Positions 29,201 to 43,694 of a stretch of 64,000 nucleotides of DNA are shown one piece after another. Every line of letters starts with the position of its first letter. Within the stretch, counting starts at the first letter, position 1. The position numbers and the translations under genes were made by a program. Origin of the DNA: Eledone cirrhosa (taxonomy: Eukaryota); assembly GCA_964016885.1 (NCBI GenBank), contig OZ024740.1, positions 8,990,001 to 9,054,000 on the forward strand, in the 5' to 3' direction. The notes under the pieces are model-generated. The model was given only the letters and a program-made list of their open reading frames with translations. It was not told the origin of the DNA and did not search any database.

Positions 29201-32200
29201 TGTCAATTTCGATTGGTATGTCAGTTTCAATTAGTATATCAGTTTCTATTGGTATGTCAGTTTATATTGGTATATCAGTTGCGATTGGCATATCAGTTTC
29301 AATTAGTATGTCAGTTTCGATTGGTATATCAGTTTCGAATGGTATTTCAATCTCGATTGGTATGTCAGTTTCGATTAGTATATCAGTTGCGATTGGAATA
29401 TCAGTTTCGATTGGTAAGTCAGTTTCTATTGGTATGTCAGTTTCGATTGGTATATCAGTTTCGATTGGTATATCAGTTTCTATTGCTATATCAGTTTCTA
29501 TTGGTATATCAGTTTCGATTGTTATGTCAGTTTCTATTGGTATATCAGTTGCGATTGGTATGTCAGTTTCTATTGGTATGTGAGTTTCGATTATTATATC
29601 AGTTACTATTGGTATGTCAGTGTCTATTGGTATATCAGTTTCGATTGGTATGTCAGTTTCTATTAGGATATAAGTTTCGTTTGGTATGTCAGTTTCGATT
29701 AGTATATCAGTTTCTATTGGTATGTCAATTTCGATTGGTATGTCAGTATCAATTGTTATGTCAGTGTCTATTGGTATATCAGTTTCGATTGGTATGTCAG
29801 TTTCTATTGGTATTTCAGTTTCGTTTGGTATGTCAGTTTTGATTAGTATATCAGTTTCTATTGTTAAGTCAGTTTCTATTGGTATATCAGTTTCGATTGG
29901 TATATCAGTTTCTATTGGTATGTCAATTTCGATTGGTATGTCAGTTTCGATTGGTATATCAGGTTCGATTAGTATGTCAGTTTCTATTGGTCTATCAGTT
30001 ACGATTGGTATGTCAGTTTCTATTGGTATATCAGTTTCGATTGGTATATAAGTTTCTATTGGTATGTCAATTTCGATTGGTATGTCTGTTTTGATCGGTA
30101 TATCAGATTCGACTGGTATATCACTTTCTATTGCTATATCAGTTTCTATTGGTATGTCAGTTTCAATTGGTATGTCAGTTTCTATTGGTATATCAGTTTT
30201 GATTGGTATGTCAGTTTCTATTGCTATGTGAGTTTCCATTATTATATCAGTTACTATTGGTATGTCAGTTTCGATTGGTATGTCAGTTTCGATTGTTATG
30301 TCAGTGTCTATTGGTATATCAGTTTCTATTGGTATGTCAGTTTCTATTGGTATATCAGTTTCGATTGGAATATCAGTTTCGATTGGTATGTCAGTTTCTA
30401 TTGGTATGTCAGTTTCGATTGGTATATCAGTTTCTATTGGTATATCAGTTTCGATTGCTATGTCAGTTTCGATTGCTATGTCAGTCTCTATTGGTTTATC
30501 AGTTTCGATTGGTATATCAGTTTCTATTGGTATGTTAGTTTCTATTGGTATGTCAGTTTCGATTATATATCAGTTTCTATTGGTATATCAGTTTCGATTG
30601 GTATGTCAGTTTCGATTAGTATATCAGTCACTATTTGTATGTCAGTTTCTATTGGTATATCAGTTTCGATTGGTATATCAGTTTCGATTGGTATATCAGT
30701 TTCAATTGGTATGTCATTTTTGATTGGTATATCAGTTTCTATTGGTATATCAGTTTCGATTGGGATGTCAATTTCGATTGGTATGTCAGTTTCTATTGGT
30801 ATATCAGTTTTGATTGGCATATCAGTTTCGATTAGTATGTCAGTTTTCGATTCGTATATCAGCTTCGATTTGTATATCAGTTTCGATTGGTATATCAGTT
30901 TTTATTGCTATATCAATTCCTATAGGTATGTCAGTTTCTATTGGTATATCAGTTACGATTGGTATATCAGTTTCAATTGGTATGTTAGTTTCTATTGGTA
31001 TGTCAGTTTCTATTAGTATATCAGCTTCTATTGGTATGTCAGTTTCGATTGGTATGTTAGTCCTCGATTTGTATGTCACTATCTATTGGTATATCAGTTT
31101 TGATTGGTATGTCAGTTTCAATTAGTATATCAGTTTCTATTGGTATGTCAGTTTCTATTGGTATATCAGTTTCGATTGGAATATCAGTTTCGATTGGTAA
31201 GTCAGTTTCTATTGGTATGTCAGTTTCGATTGGTATATCAGTTTCGATTGGTATATCAGTTTCTATTGCTATATCAGTTTCTATTGGTATATCAGTTTCG
31301 ATTGGTATGTCAGTTTCTATTGGTATATCAGTTGCGATTGGTATGTCAGTTTCTATTAGAATATTAATTTCGATTGGTATGTCAGTTTCGATTGGTATAT
31401 CAGTTTCGAATGGTATTTCAATCTCGATTGGTATGTCAGTTTCGATTGGTATATCAGTTTCGATTAGTATGTCAGTTTCTATTGGTATATCAGTTTCGAT
31501 TGGAATATCAGTTTCGATTGGTATGTCAGTTTCTATTGGTATGTCAGTTTCGATTGGTATATCAGTTTCGATTGGTATATCAGTTTCTATTGCTATATCA
31601 GTTTCTATTAGTATATCAGTTTCGATTGGTATGTCAGTTTGTATTGGTATATCAGTTGCGATTGGTATGTCACTTTCGATTGGTATGTCAGTATCGATTG
31701 TTATGTCAGTGTCTATTGGTATATCAGTTTCGATTGGTATGTCAGTTTCTATTGGTATTTCAGTTTCGTTTGGTATGTCAGTTTCGATTAGTATATCAGT
31801 TTCTATTGTTAAGTCAGTTACTATTGGTATATCAGTTTCGATTGGTATATCAGTTTCTATTGGTATGTCAATTTCGATTGGTATGTCAGTTTCGATTGGT
31901 ATATCAGGTTCGATTAGTATGTCAGTTTCTATTGGTCTATCAGTTACGATTGGTATGTCAGTTTCTATTGGTATATCAGTTTTGATTGGTATATAAGTTT
32001 CTATTGGTATGTCAATTTCGATTGGTATGTCTGTTTTGATTGATATATCAGATTCGACTGGTATATCACTTTCTATTGCTATATCAGTTTCTATTGGTAT
32101 GTCAGTTTCAATTGGTATGTCAGTTTATATTGGTATATCAGTTTTGATTGGTATGTCAGTTTCTATTGCTATGTCAGTTTCCATTATTATATCAGTTACT

Positions 32201-35200
32201 ATTGGTATGTCAGTTTCGATTGGTATGTCAGTTTCGATTGTTATGTCAGTGTCTATTGGTATATCAGTTTCTATTGGTATGTCAGTTTCTATTGGTATAT
32301 CAGTTTCGATTGGAATATCAGTTTCGATTGGTATGTCAGTTTCTATTGGTATGTCAGTTTCGATTGGTATATCAGTTTCTATTGGTATATCAGTTTCGAT
32401 TGCTATGTCAGTTTCGATTGCTATGTCAGTCTCTATTGGTTTATCAGTTTCGATTAGTATATCAGTTTCTATTGGTATGTTAGTTTCTATTGGTATGTCA
32501 GTTTCGATTAGTATATCGGTTTCTATTGGTATATCAGTTTCGATTGGTATATCAGTTTCGATTGGTATATCAGTTTCAATTGGTATATCAGTTTCGATTG
32601 GTATATCAGTTTCAATTGGTATGTCATTTTTTATCGGTATATCAGTTTCTATTGGTATATCAGTTTCGATTGGTATGTCAATTTCGATTGGTATGTCAGT
32701 TTCTATTGGTATATCAGTTTTGATTGGCATATCAGTTTCGATTAGTATGTCAGTTTCGATTGGTATGTCAGTTTTCGATTCGTATATCAGTTTCGATTTG
32801 TATATCAGTTTCGATTGCTATATCAGTTTTTATTGCTATATCAATTCCTATAGGTATGTCAGTTTCTATTGGTATATCAGTTTCGATTGGTATGTCAGTT
32901 TATATTGGTATATCAGTTTCGATTGGCATATCAGTTTCAATTAGTATGTCAGTTTCGATTGGTATATCAGTTTCGAATGGTATTTCAATCTCGATTGGTA
33001 TGTCAGTTTCGATTAGTATATCAGTTACAATTGGTATATCAGTTTCAATTGGTATGTTAGTTTCTATTGGTATGTCAGTTTCTATTAGTATATCAGCTTC
33101 TATTGGTATGTCAGTTTCGATTGTTATGTTAGTCCTCGATTTGTATGTCACTTTCTATTGGTATATCAGTTTCGATTGGTATGTCAGTTTCAATTAGTAT
33201 ATCAGTTTCTATTGGTATGTCAGTTTCTATTGGTATATCAGTTTCGATTGGAATATCAGTTTCGATTGGTAAGTCAGTTTCTATTGGTATGTCAGTTTCG
33301 ATTGGTATATCAGTTTCGATTGGTATATCAGTTTCTATTGCTATATCAGTTTCTATTGTTATATCAGTTTCGATTTGTATGTCAGTTTCTATTGGTATAT
33401 CAGTTGCGATTGGTATGTCAGTTTCTATTGGTATGTGAGTTTCGATTATTATATCAGTTACTATTGGTATGTCAGTGTCTATTGGTATATCAGTTTCGTT
33501 TGGTATGTCAGTTTCGATTAGTATATCAGTTTCTATTGGTATGTCAATTTCGATTGGTATGTCAGTTTCGATTGGTATATCAGTTTCGAATGGTATTTCA
33601 ATCTCGATTGGTATGTCAGTTTCGATTGGTATATCAGTTTCGATTAGTATGTCAGTTTCTATTGGTATATCAGTTTCGATTGGAATATCAGTTTCGATTG
33701 GTATGTCAGTTTCTATTGGTATGTCAGTTTCGATTGGTATATCAGTTTCGATTGGTATATCAGTTTCTATTGCTATATCAGTTTCTATTAGTATATCAGT
33801 TTCGATTGGTATGTCAGTTTCTATTTGTATATCAGTTGCGATTGGTATGTCACTTTCGATTGGTATGTCAGTATCAATTGTTATGTCAGTGTCTATTGGT
33901 ATATCAGTTTCGATTGGTATGTCAGTTTCTATTGGTATTTCAGTTTCGTTTGGTATGTCAGTTTCGATTAGTATATCAGTTTCTATTGTTAATTCAGTTT
34001 CTATTGGTATATCAGTTTCGATTGGTATATAAGTTTCTATTGGTATGTCAATTTCGATTGGTATGTCTGTTTCGATTGATATATCAGATTCGACTGGTAT
34101 ATCACTTTCTATTGCTATATCAGTTTCTATTGGTATTTCAGTTTCTATTGGTATATCAGTTTTGATTGGTATGTCAGTTTCTATTGCTATGTCAGTTTCC
34201 ATTATTATATCAGTTACTATTGGTATGTCAGTTTCGATTGGTATGTCAGTTTCGATTGTTATGTCAGTGTCTATTGGTATATCAGTTTCTATTGGTATGT
34301 CAGTTTCTATTGGTATATCAGTTTCGATTGGAATATCAGTTTCGATTGGTATGTCAGTTTCTATTGGTATGTCAGTTTCGATTGGTATATCAGTTTCTAT
34401 TGGTATATCAGTTTCGATTGCTATGTCAGTTTCGATTGCTATGTCAGTCTCTATTGGTTTATCAGTTTCGATTGGTATATCAGTTTCTATTGGTATGTTA
34501 GTTTCTATTGGTATGTCAGTTTCGATTCGTATATCAGTTTCAATTGGTATGTCATTTTTTATCGGTATATCAGTTTCTATTGGTATATCCGTTTCGATTG
34601 GTATGTCAATTTCGATTGGTATGTCAGTTTCAATTAGTATATCAGTTTCTATTGGTATGTCAGTTTATATTGGTATATCAGTTGCGATTGGCATATCAGT
34701 TTCAATTAGTATGTCAGTTTCGATTGGTATATCAGTTTCGAATGGTATTTCAATCTCGATTGGTATGTCAGTTTCGATTAGTATATCAGTTGCGATTGGA
34801 ATATCAGTTTCGATTGGTAAGTCAGTTTCTATTGGTATGTCAGTTTCGATTGGTATATCAGTTTCGATTGGTATATCAGTTTCTATTGCTATATCAGTTT
34901 CTATTGGTATATCAGTTTCGATTGTTATGTCAGTTTCTATTGGTATATCAGTTGCGATTGGTATGTCAGTTTCTATTGGTATGTGAGTTTCGATTATTAT
35001 ATCAGTTACTATTGGTATGTCAGTGTCTATTGGTATATCAGTTTCGATTGGTATGTCAGTTTCTATTAGGATATAAGTTTCGTTTGGTATGTCAGTTTCG
35101 ATTAGTATATCAGTTTCTATTGGTATGTCAATTTCGATTGGTATGTCAGTATCAATTGTTATGTCAGTGTCTATTGGTATATCAGTTTCGATTGGTATGT

Positions 35201-38200
35201 CAGTTTCTATTGGTATTTCAGTTTCGTTTGGTATGTCAGTTTTGATTAGTATATCAGTTTCTATTGTTAAGTCAGTTTCTATTGGTATATCAGTTTCGAT
35301 TGGTATATCAGTTTCTATTGGTATGTCAATTTCGATTGGTATGTCAGTTTCGATTGGTATATCAGGTTCGATTAGTATGTCAGTTTCTATTGGTCTATCA
35401 GTTACGATTGGTATGTCAGTTTCTATTGGTATATCAGTTTCGATTGGTATATAAGTTTCTATTGGTATGTCAATTTCGATTGGTATGTCTGTTTTGATTG
35501 GTATATCAGATTCGACTGGTATATCACTTTCTATTGCTATATCAGTTTCTATTGGTATGTCAGTTTCAATTGGTATGTCAGTTTCTATTGGTATATCAGT
35601 TTTGATTGGTATGTCAGTTTCTATTGCTATGTGAGTTTCCATTATTATATCAGTTACTATTGGTATGTCAGTTTCGATTGGTATGTCAGTTTCGATTGTT
35701 ATGTCAGTGTCTATTGGTATATCAGTTTCTATTGGTATGTCAGTTTCTATTGGTATATCAGTTTCGATTGGAATATCAGTTTCGATTGGTATGTCAGTTT
35801 CTATTGGTATGTCAGTTTCGATTGGTATATCAGTTTCTATTGGTATATCAGTTTCGATTGCTATGTCAGTTTCGATTGCTATGTCAGTCTCTATTGGTTT
35901 ATCAGTTTCGATTGGTATATCAGTTTCTATTGGTATGTTAGTTTCTATTGGTATGTCAGTTTCGATTATATATCAGTTTCTATTGGTATATCAGTTTCGA
36001 TTGGTATGTCAGTTTCGATTAGTATATCAGTCACTATTTGTATGTCAGTTTCTATTGGTATATCAGTTTCGATTGGTATATCAGTTTCGATTGGTATATC
36101 AGTTTCAATTGGTATGTCATTTTTGATTGGTATATCAGTTTCTATTGGTATATCAGTTTCGATTGGGATGTCAATTTCGATTGGTATGTCAGTTTCTATT
36201 GGTATATCAGTTTTGATTGGCATATCAGTTTCGATTAGTATGTCAGTTTTCGATTCGTATATCAGCTTCGATTTGTATATCAGTTTCGATTGGTATATCA
36301 GTTTTTATTGCTATATCAATTCCTATAGGTATGTCAGTTTCTATTGGTATATCAGTTACGATTGGTATATCAGTTTCAATTGGTATGTTAGTTTCTATTG
36401 GTATGTCAGTTTCTATTAGTATATCAGCTTCTATTGGTATGTCAGTTTCGATTGGTATGTTAGTCCTCGATTTGTATGTCACTATCTATTGGTATATCAG
36501 TTTTGATTGGTATGTCAGTTTCAATTAGTATATCAGTTTCTATTGGTATGTCAGTTTCTATTGGTATATCAGTTTCGATTGGAATATCAGTTTCGATTGG
36601 TAAGTCAGTTTCTATTGGTATGTCAGTTTCGATTGGTATATCAGTTTCGATTGGTATATCAGTTTCTATTGCTATATCAGTTTCTATTGGTATATCAGTT
36701 TCGATTGGTATGTCAGTTTCTATTGGTATATCAGTTGCGATTGGTATGTCAGTTTCTATTGGTATGTGAGTTTCGATTATTATATCAGTTACTATTGGTA
36801 TGTCAGTGTCTATTGGTATATCAGTTTCGATTGGTATGTCAGTTTCTATTAGAATATTAATTTCGATTGGTATGTCAGTTTCGATTGGTATATCAGTTTC
36901 GAATGGTATTTCAATCTCGATTGGTATGTCAGTTTCGATTGGTATATCAGTTTCGATTAGTATGTCAGTTTCTATTGGTATATCAGTTTCGATTGGAATA
37001 TCAGATTCGATTGGTATGTCAGTTTCTATTGGTATGTCATTTTCGATTGGTATATCAGTTTCGATTAGTATATCAGTTTCTATTGCTATATCAGTTTCTA
37101 TTAGTATATCAGTTTCGATTGGTATGTCACTTTCGATTGGTATGTCAGTATCAATTGTTATGTCAGTGTCTATTGGTATATCAGTTTCGATTGGTATGTC
37201 AGTTTCTATTGGAATTTCAGTTTCGTTTGGTATGTCAGTTTTGATTAGTATATCAGTTTCTATTGTTAAGTCAGTTTCTATTGGTATATCAGTTTCTATT
37301 GGTATATCAGTTTCTATTGGTATGTCAATTTCGATTGGTATGTCAGTTTCGATTGGTATATCAGGTTCGATTAGTATGTCAGTTTCTATTGGTCTATCAG
37401 TTACGATTGGTATGTCAGTTTCTATTGGTATATCAGTTTCGATTGGTATTTCAATCTCGATTGGTATGTCAGTTTCGATTGGTATATCAGTTTCGATTAG
37501 TATGTCAGTTTCTATTGGTATATCAGTTTCGATTGGAATATCAGATTCGATTGGTATGTCAGTTTCTATTGGTATGTCATTTTCGATTGGTATATCAGTT
37601 TCGATTAGTATATCAGTTTCTATTGCTATATCAGTTTCTATTAGTATATCAGTTTCGATTGGTATGTCAGTTTCTATTGGTATATCAGTTGCGATTGGTA
37701 TGTCACTTTCGATTGGTATGTCAGTATCAATTGTTATGTCAGTGTCTATTGGTATATCAGTTTCGATTGGTATGTCAGTTTCTATTGGTATTTCAGTTTC
37801 GTTTGGTATGTGAGTTTCGATTAGTATATCAGTTTCTATTGTTAAGTCAGTTTCTATTGGTATATCAGTTTCGATTGGTATATCAGTTTCTATTGGTATG
37901 TCAATTTCGATTGGTATGTCAGTTTCGATTGGTATGTTCATCCTCGAGTTGTATGTCAGTTTCTATTGGTATATCAGTTTCGATTGCTATGTCAGTTTCG
38001 ATTGCTATGTCAGTCTCTATTGGTTTATCAGTTTCGATTGGTATATCAGTTTCTATTGGTATGTTAGTTTGTATTGGTATGTCAGTTTCGATTAGTATAT
38101 CAGTTTCTATTGGTATATCAGTTTCGATTGGTCTGTCAGTTTCGATTAGTATATCAGTTCCTATTTGTATGTGAGTTTCTAGTGGTATATCAGTTTCGAT

Positions 38201-39500
38201 TGGTATATCAGTTTCAATTGGTATGTCATTTTTGATTGGTATATCAGTTTCTATTGGTATATCAGTTTCGATTGGTATGTCTATTTCGATTGGTATGTCA
38301 GTTACTATTGGTATGTCAGTTTCGATTAGTATATCAGTTTCTATTGGTAAGTCAGTTTCGATTGCTATGTCAGTTTTGATTGCTATGTCAGTTTCGATTG
38401 GTATGTTAGTTTCTATTGGTATGTCAGTTTCTATTAGTATATCAGCTTCTATTGGTATGTCAGTTTCGATTGGTATGTTAGTCCTCGATTTGTATATCAC
38501 TTTCTATTTGTATATCAGTTTCGATTGGTATGTCAGTTTCAATTAGTATATCAGTTTCTATTGGTATGTCAGTTTCTATTGGTATATCAGTTTTGATTGG
38601 AATATCAGTTTCGATTGGTATGTCAGTTTCTATTGGTATGTCAGTTTCGATTGGTATATCAGTTTCGATTGGTATATCAGTTTCTATTGCTATATCAGTT
38701 TCTATTGGTATATCAGTTTCGATTGGTATGTCAGTTTCTATTGGTATATCAGTTGCGATTGGTATGTCAGTTTCGATTGTTATGTCAGTGTATATTGGTA
38801 TATCAGTTTTGATTGGTATGTCAGTTTCTATTGGTATATCAGTTTCGTTTCGTATGTCAGTTTCGATTAGTATATCAGTTTCTATTGGTATGTCAATTTC
38901 GATTGGTATGTCAGTTTCGATTGGTATATCAGTTTCAAATGGTATTTCAATCTCGATTGGTATATCAGTTTCGATTGGTATATCAGTTTCGATTAGTATA
39001 TCAGTTTCTATTGGTATATCAGTTTCGTTTGGTATATCAGTTTGTATTGGTATGTCATTGGTATATCAGTTTCGATTGGTCTGTCAGTTTCTATTGGTAT
39101 ATCAGTTTCGTTCGGTATGTCAGTTTCGATTAGTATATCAGTTTCTATTGTTAAGTCAGTTTCTATTGGTATATCAGTTTCGATTGGTATATCAGTTTCT
39201 ATTGGTATGTCAATTTCGATTGGTATGTCAGTTTCGATTGGTATATCAAGTTCGATTAGTATGTCAGTTTCTATTGGTCTATCAGTTACGATTGGTATGT
39301 CAGTTTCTATTGGTATATCAGTTTCGATTGGTATATAAGTTTCTATTGGTATGTCAATTTCGATTGGTATATCAGATTCTACTGGTATATCACTTTCTAT
39401 TGGTATGTCAGTTTCAATTGGTATGTCAGTTTCTATTGGTATATCAGTTTTGATTGGAATGTCAGTTTCTATTGCTATGTCAGTTTCCATTATTATATCA
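17300..39500. repeat. Higher-order repeat domain, ~2.1-2.5 kb unit (roughly 120 monomers) with length variants
   Basis: Ordered markers (GGTAAGTC, TTGTTAAGTC, TCAGGTTCG, GGTCTATCAGTTACG, TTTTTATCGG, ATTCCTATAGG) recur. GGTCTATC lies near 18299, 20515, 22839, 25056, 26532, 29990, 31935, 35393, 37392 and 39277. Confidence 0.8.
25963..36760. repeat. 5,403-bp tandem duplication (~25963-31365 and ~31366-36760)
   Basis: Identical ORF pairs offset by exactly 5403 (26606/32009, 27726/33129, 29262/34665, 30840/36243). One substitution seen (C30096 vs T35499). A 5-monomer (90-bp) length difference lies near the junction. Confidence 0.92.
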
Positions 39501-42500
39501 GTTACTATTGGTATGTCAGTTTCGATTGGTATGTCAGTTTCGATTGTTATGTCAGTGTCTATTGGTATATCAGTTTCTAATGGTATGTCAGTTTCTATTG
39601 GTATATCAGTTTCGATTGGAATATCAGTTTCGATTGGTATGTCAGTTTCTATTGGTATGTCAGTTTCGATTGGTATATCAGTTTCGATTGGTATATCAGT
39701 TTCTATTGCTATATCAGTTTCTATTGGTATATCAGTTGCGATTGGTATGTCAGTTTCTATTGGTATATCAGTTGCGATTGGTATGTCAGTTTCTATTGGT
39801 ATGTGAGTTTCGATTATTATATCAGTTACTATTGGTATGTCAGTTTCGATTGGTATGTCAGTTTCGATTGTTATGTCAGTGTCTATTGGTATATCACTTT
39901 CGATTGGTATGTCAGTTTCTCTTGGTATATCAGTTTCTATTGGTATGTGAGTTTCGATTATTATATCAGTTGCGATTGGTATGTCAGTTTCGATTGGTAT
40001 GTCAGTTTCTATTGGTATGTCAGTGTCTATTGGTATATCAGTTTTGATTGGTATGTCAGTTTCTCTTGGTATATCAGTTTCTATTGGTATGTCAATTTCG
40101 ATTGGTATGTCAGTTTCGATTGGTATATCAGTTTCGAATGGTCTTTCAATCTCGATTGGTATATCAGTTTCTATTGGTATGTGAGTTTCGATTATTATAT
40201 CAGTTTCGATTAGTATGTCAGTTTCTATTGGTATATCAGTTTCGTTTGGTATATCAGTTTCTATTGGTATGTCATTGGTATATCAGTTTCGATTGGTATG
40301 TCAGTTTCTATTGGTATATCAGCTTCGATTGGTATGTCAGTTTCGATTGGTATATCAGTTACGATTGGAATATCAGTTTCGATTGGTATGTAAGTTTCTA
40401 GTGGTATGTCAGTTTCGATTGGTATATCAGTTTCGATTGGTATATAAGTTTCTATTGCTATATCAGTTTCTATTAGTATATCAGTTTCGATTGGTATGTC
40501 AGTTTCTATTGGTATATCAGTTGCGCTTGTTATGTCAATTTATATTGGTATGTGCGTTTCGATTATTATATCAGTTACTATTAGTATGTCACTTTCGATT
40601 GGTATGTTAGTTTCTATTGGTATGTCAGTTTCTATTAGTATATCAGCTTCTATTTGTATGTCAGTTTCCATTGGTATGTTAGTCCTCGATTTGTATGTCA
40701 CTTTCTATTGGTATATCAGTTTCGATTGGTATGTCAGTTTCAATTAGTATATCAGTTTCTATTGGTATGTCAGTTTCTATTGGTATATCAGTTTCGATTG
40801 GAATATCAGTTTCGATTGCTATGTCAGTTTCTATTGGTATGTCAGTTTCGATTGGTATATCAGTTTCGATTGGTATATCAGTTTCTATTGCTATATCAGT
40901 TTCAAATGGTCTTTCAATCTCGATTGGTATGTCAGTTTCGATTGGTATATCAGTTTCGATTAGTATGTCAGTTTCTATTGGTATATCAGTTTCGTTTGGT
41001 ATATCAGTTTCTATTGGTATGTCATTGGTATATCAGTTTCGATTGGTATGTCAGTTTCTATTGGTATATCAGCTTCGATTGGTATGTCAGTTTCGATTGG
41101 TATATCAGTTTCGATTGGAATATCAGTTTCGATTGGTATGTAAGTTTCTATTTGTATGTCAGTTTCGATTGGTATATCAGTTTCGATTGGTATATCAGTT
41201 TCTATTGCTATATCAGTTTCTATTAGTATATCAGTTTCGATTGGTATGTCAGTTTCTATTGGTATATCAGTTGCGCTTGGTATGTCAATTTCTATTGGTA
41301 TGTGCGTTTCGATTATTATATCAGTTACTATTAGTATGTCACTTTCGATTGGTATGTTAGTTTCTATTGGTATGTCAGTTTCTATTAGTATATCAGCTTC
41401 TATTTGTATGTCAGTTTCCATTGGTATGTTAGTCCTCGATTTGTATGTCACTTTCTATTGGTATATCAGTTTCGATTGGTATGTCAGTTTCAATTAGTAT
41501 ATCAGTTTCTATTGGTATGTCAGTTTCTATTGGTATATCAGTTTCGATTGGAATATCACTTTCGATTGGTATGTCAGTTTCTATTGGTATGTCAGTTTCG
41601 ATTGGTATATCAGTTTCGATTGGTATATCAGTTTTATTGCTATATCAGTTTCTATTGGTATATCAGTTTCGATTGGTATGTCAGTTTCTATTGGTATATC
41701 AGTTGCGATTGGTATGTCAGTTTCTATTGGTATGTGAGTTTCGATTATTATATCAGTTACTATTGGTATGTCAGTTTTGATTGGTATGTCAGTTTCGATT
41801 GTTATGTCAGTGTCTATTGGTATATCAGTTTTGATTGGTATGTCAGTTTCTATTGGTATATCAGTTTCGTTTGGTATGTCAGTTTCGATTAGTATATCAG
41901 TTTCTATTGGTATGTCAATTTCGATTGGTATCTCAGTTTCGATTGGTATATCAGTTTCGAATGGTATTTCAATCTCGATTGGTATGTCAGTTTCGATTGG
42001 TATATCAGTTTCGATTAGTATGTCAGTTTCTATTGGTATATCAGTTTCGATTGGTATATCAGTTTCTATTGGTATGTCATTGGTATATCAGTTTTGATTG
42101 GTATGTCAGTTTCTATTGGTATATCAGTTTAGATTGGTATATCAGTTTCGATTGGTATGTCAGTTTCTATTGGTATATCAGTTTCTATTTGTATGTCCGT
42201 TTCGATTGGTATGTCAGTTACTATAGGTATATCAGTTTCGATTGGTATGTTAGGTTCTATTGGTATGTCAGTTTCGATTAGTATATCAGTATCTATTGGT
42301 ATGTCAGTTTTGATTGGTATGTTCGTCCTCGAGTTGTATGTCAGTTTCTATTGGTATATCAGTTTCGATTGCTACGTCAGTTTCGATTGCTATGTCAGTC
42401 ACTATTGGTTTATCAGTTTCGATTGGTATATCAGTTTCGATTGGTATATCAGTTTCAATTGGTATGTCATTTTTGATTGGTATATCAGTTTCTATTGGTA

Positions 42501-43694
42501 TATCAGATTCGATTGGTATGTCTATATCTATTGGTATGTCAGTTTCGAGGAGTATATCAGTTTCTATTGGTATGTCAGTCTCTATTGGTATGTCATTTTC
42601 GATTGGTATATCAGTTTCGATTAGTATGTCAGTTTCTATTGGTATATCAGTTTCGTTTGGTATATCAGTTTCTATTGGTATGTCATTGGTATATCAGTTT
42701 CGATTGGTATATCAGTTTCGATTGGTATATCAGTTTCTATTGCTATATCAGTTTCTATTAGTATATCAGTTTCGATTGGTATGTCAGTTTCGATTAGTAT
42801 ATCATTTTCGAATGGTCTTTCAATCTCGATTGGTATATCAGTTTCGATTGGTATATCAGTTTCGATTGGTATGTCAGTTTCTATTGGTATGTCAGTTTCG
42901 ATTGGTATATCAGTTTCGATTGGTATATCAGTTTCTATTGCTATATCAGTTTCGAATGGTCTTTCAATCTCAATTGGTATGTCAGTTTCGATTGGTATAT
43001 CAGTTTCGATTAGTATGTCAGTTTCTATTGGTATATCAGTTTCGTTTGGTATATCAGTTTCTATTGGTATGTCATTGGTATATCAGTTTCGATTGGTATG
43101 TCAGTTTCTATTGGTATATCAGCTTCGATTGGTATGTCAGTTTCGATTGGTATATCAGTTTCGATTGGAATATCAGTTTCGATTGGTATGTAAGTTTCTA
43201 TTGGTATGTCAGTTTCGATTGGTATATCAGTTTCGATTGGTATATCAGTTTCGATTGGTATATCAGTTTCTATTGCTATATCAGTTTCTATTAGTATATC
43301 AGTTTCGATTGGTATGTCAGTTTCTATTGGTATATCAGTTGCGCTTCGTATGTCAATTTCTATTGGTATGTGCGTTTCGATTATTATATCAGTTACTATT
43401 AATATGTCACTTTCGATTGGTATGTTAGTTTCTATTGGTATGTCAGTTTCTATTAGTATATCAGCTTCTATTTGTATGTCAGTTTACATTGGTATGTTAG
43501 TCCTCGATTTGTATGTCACTTTCTATTGGTATATCAGTTTCGATTGGTATGTCAGTTTCAATTAGTATATCAGTTTCTATTGGTATGTCAGTTTCTATTG
43601 GTATATCAGTTTCGATTGGTATATCAGTTTCGATTGGTATGTCAGTTTCTATTGGTATGTCAGTTTCGATTGGTATATCAGTTTCGATTGGTAT

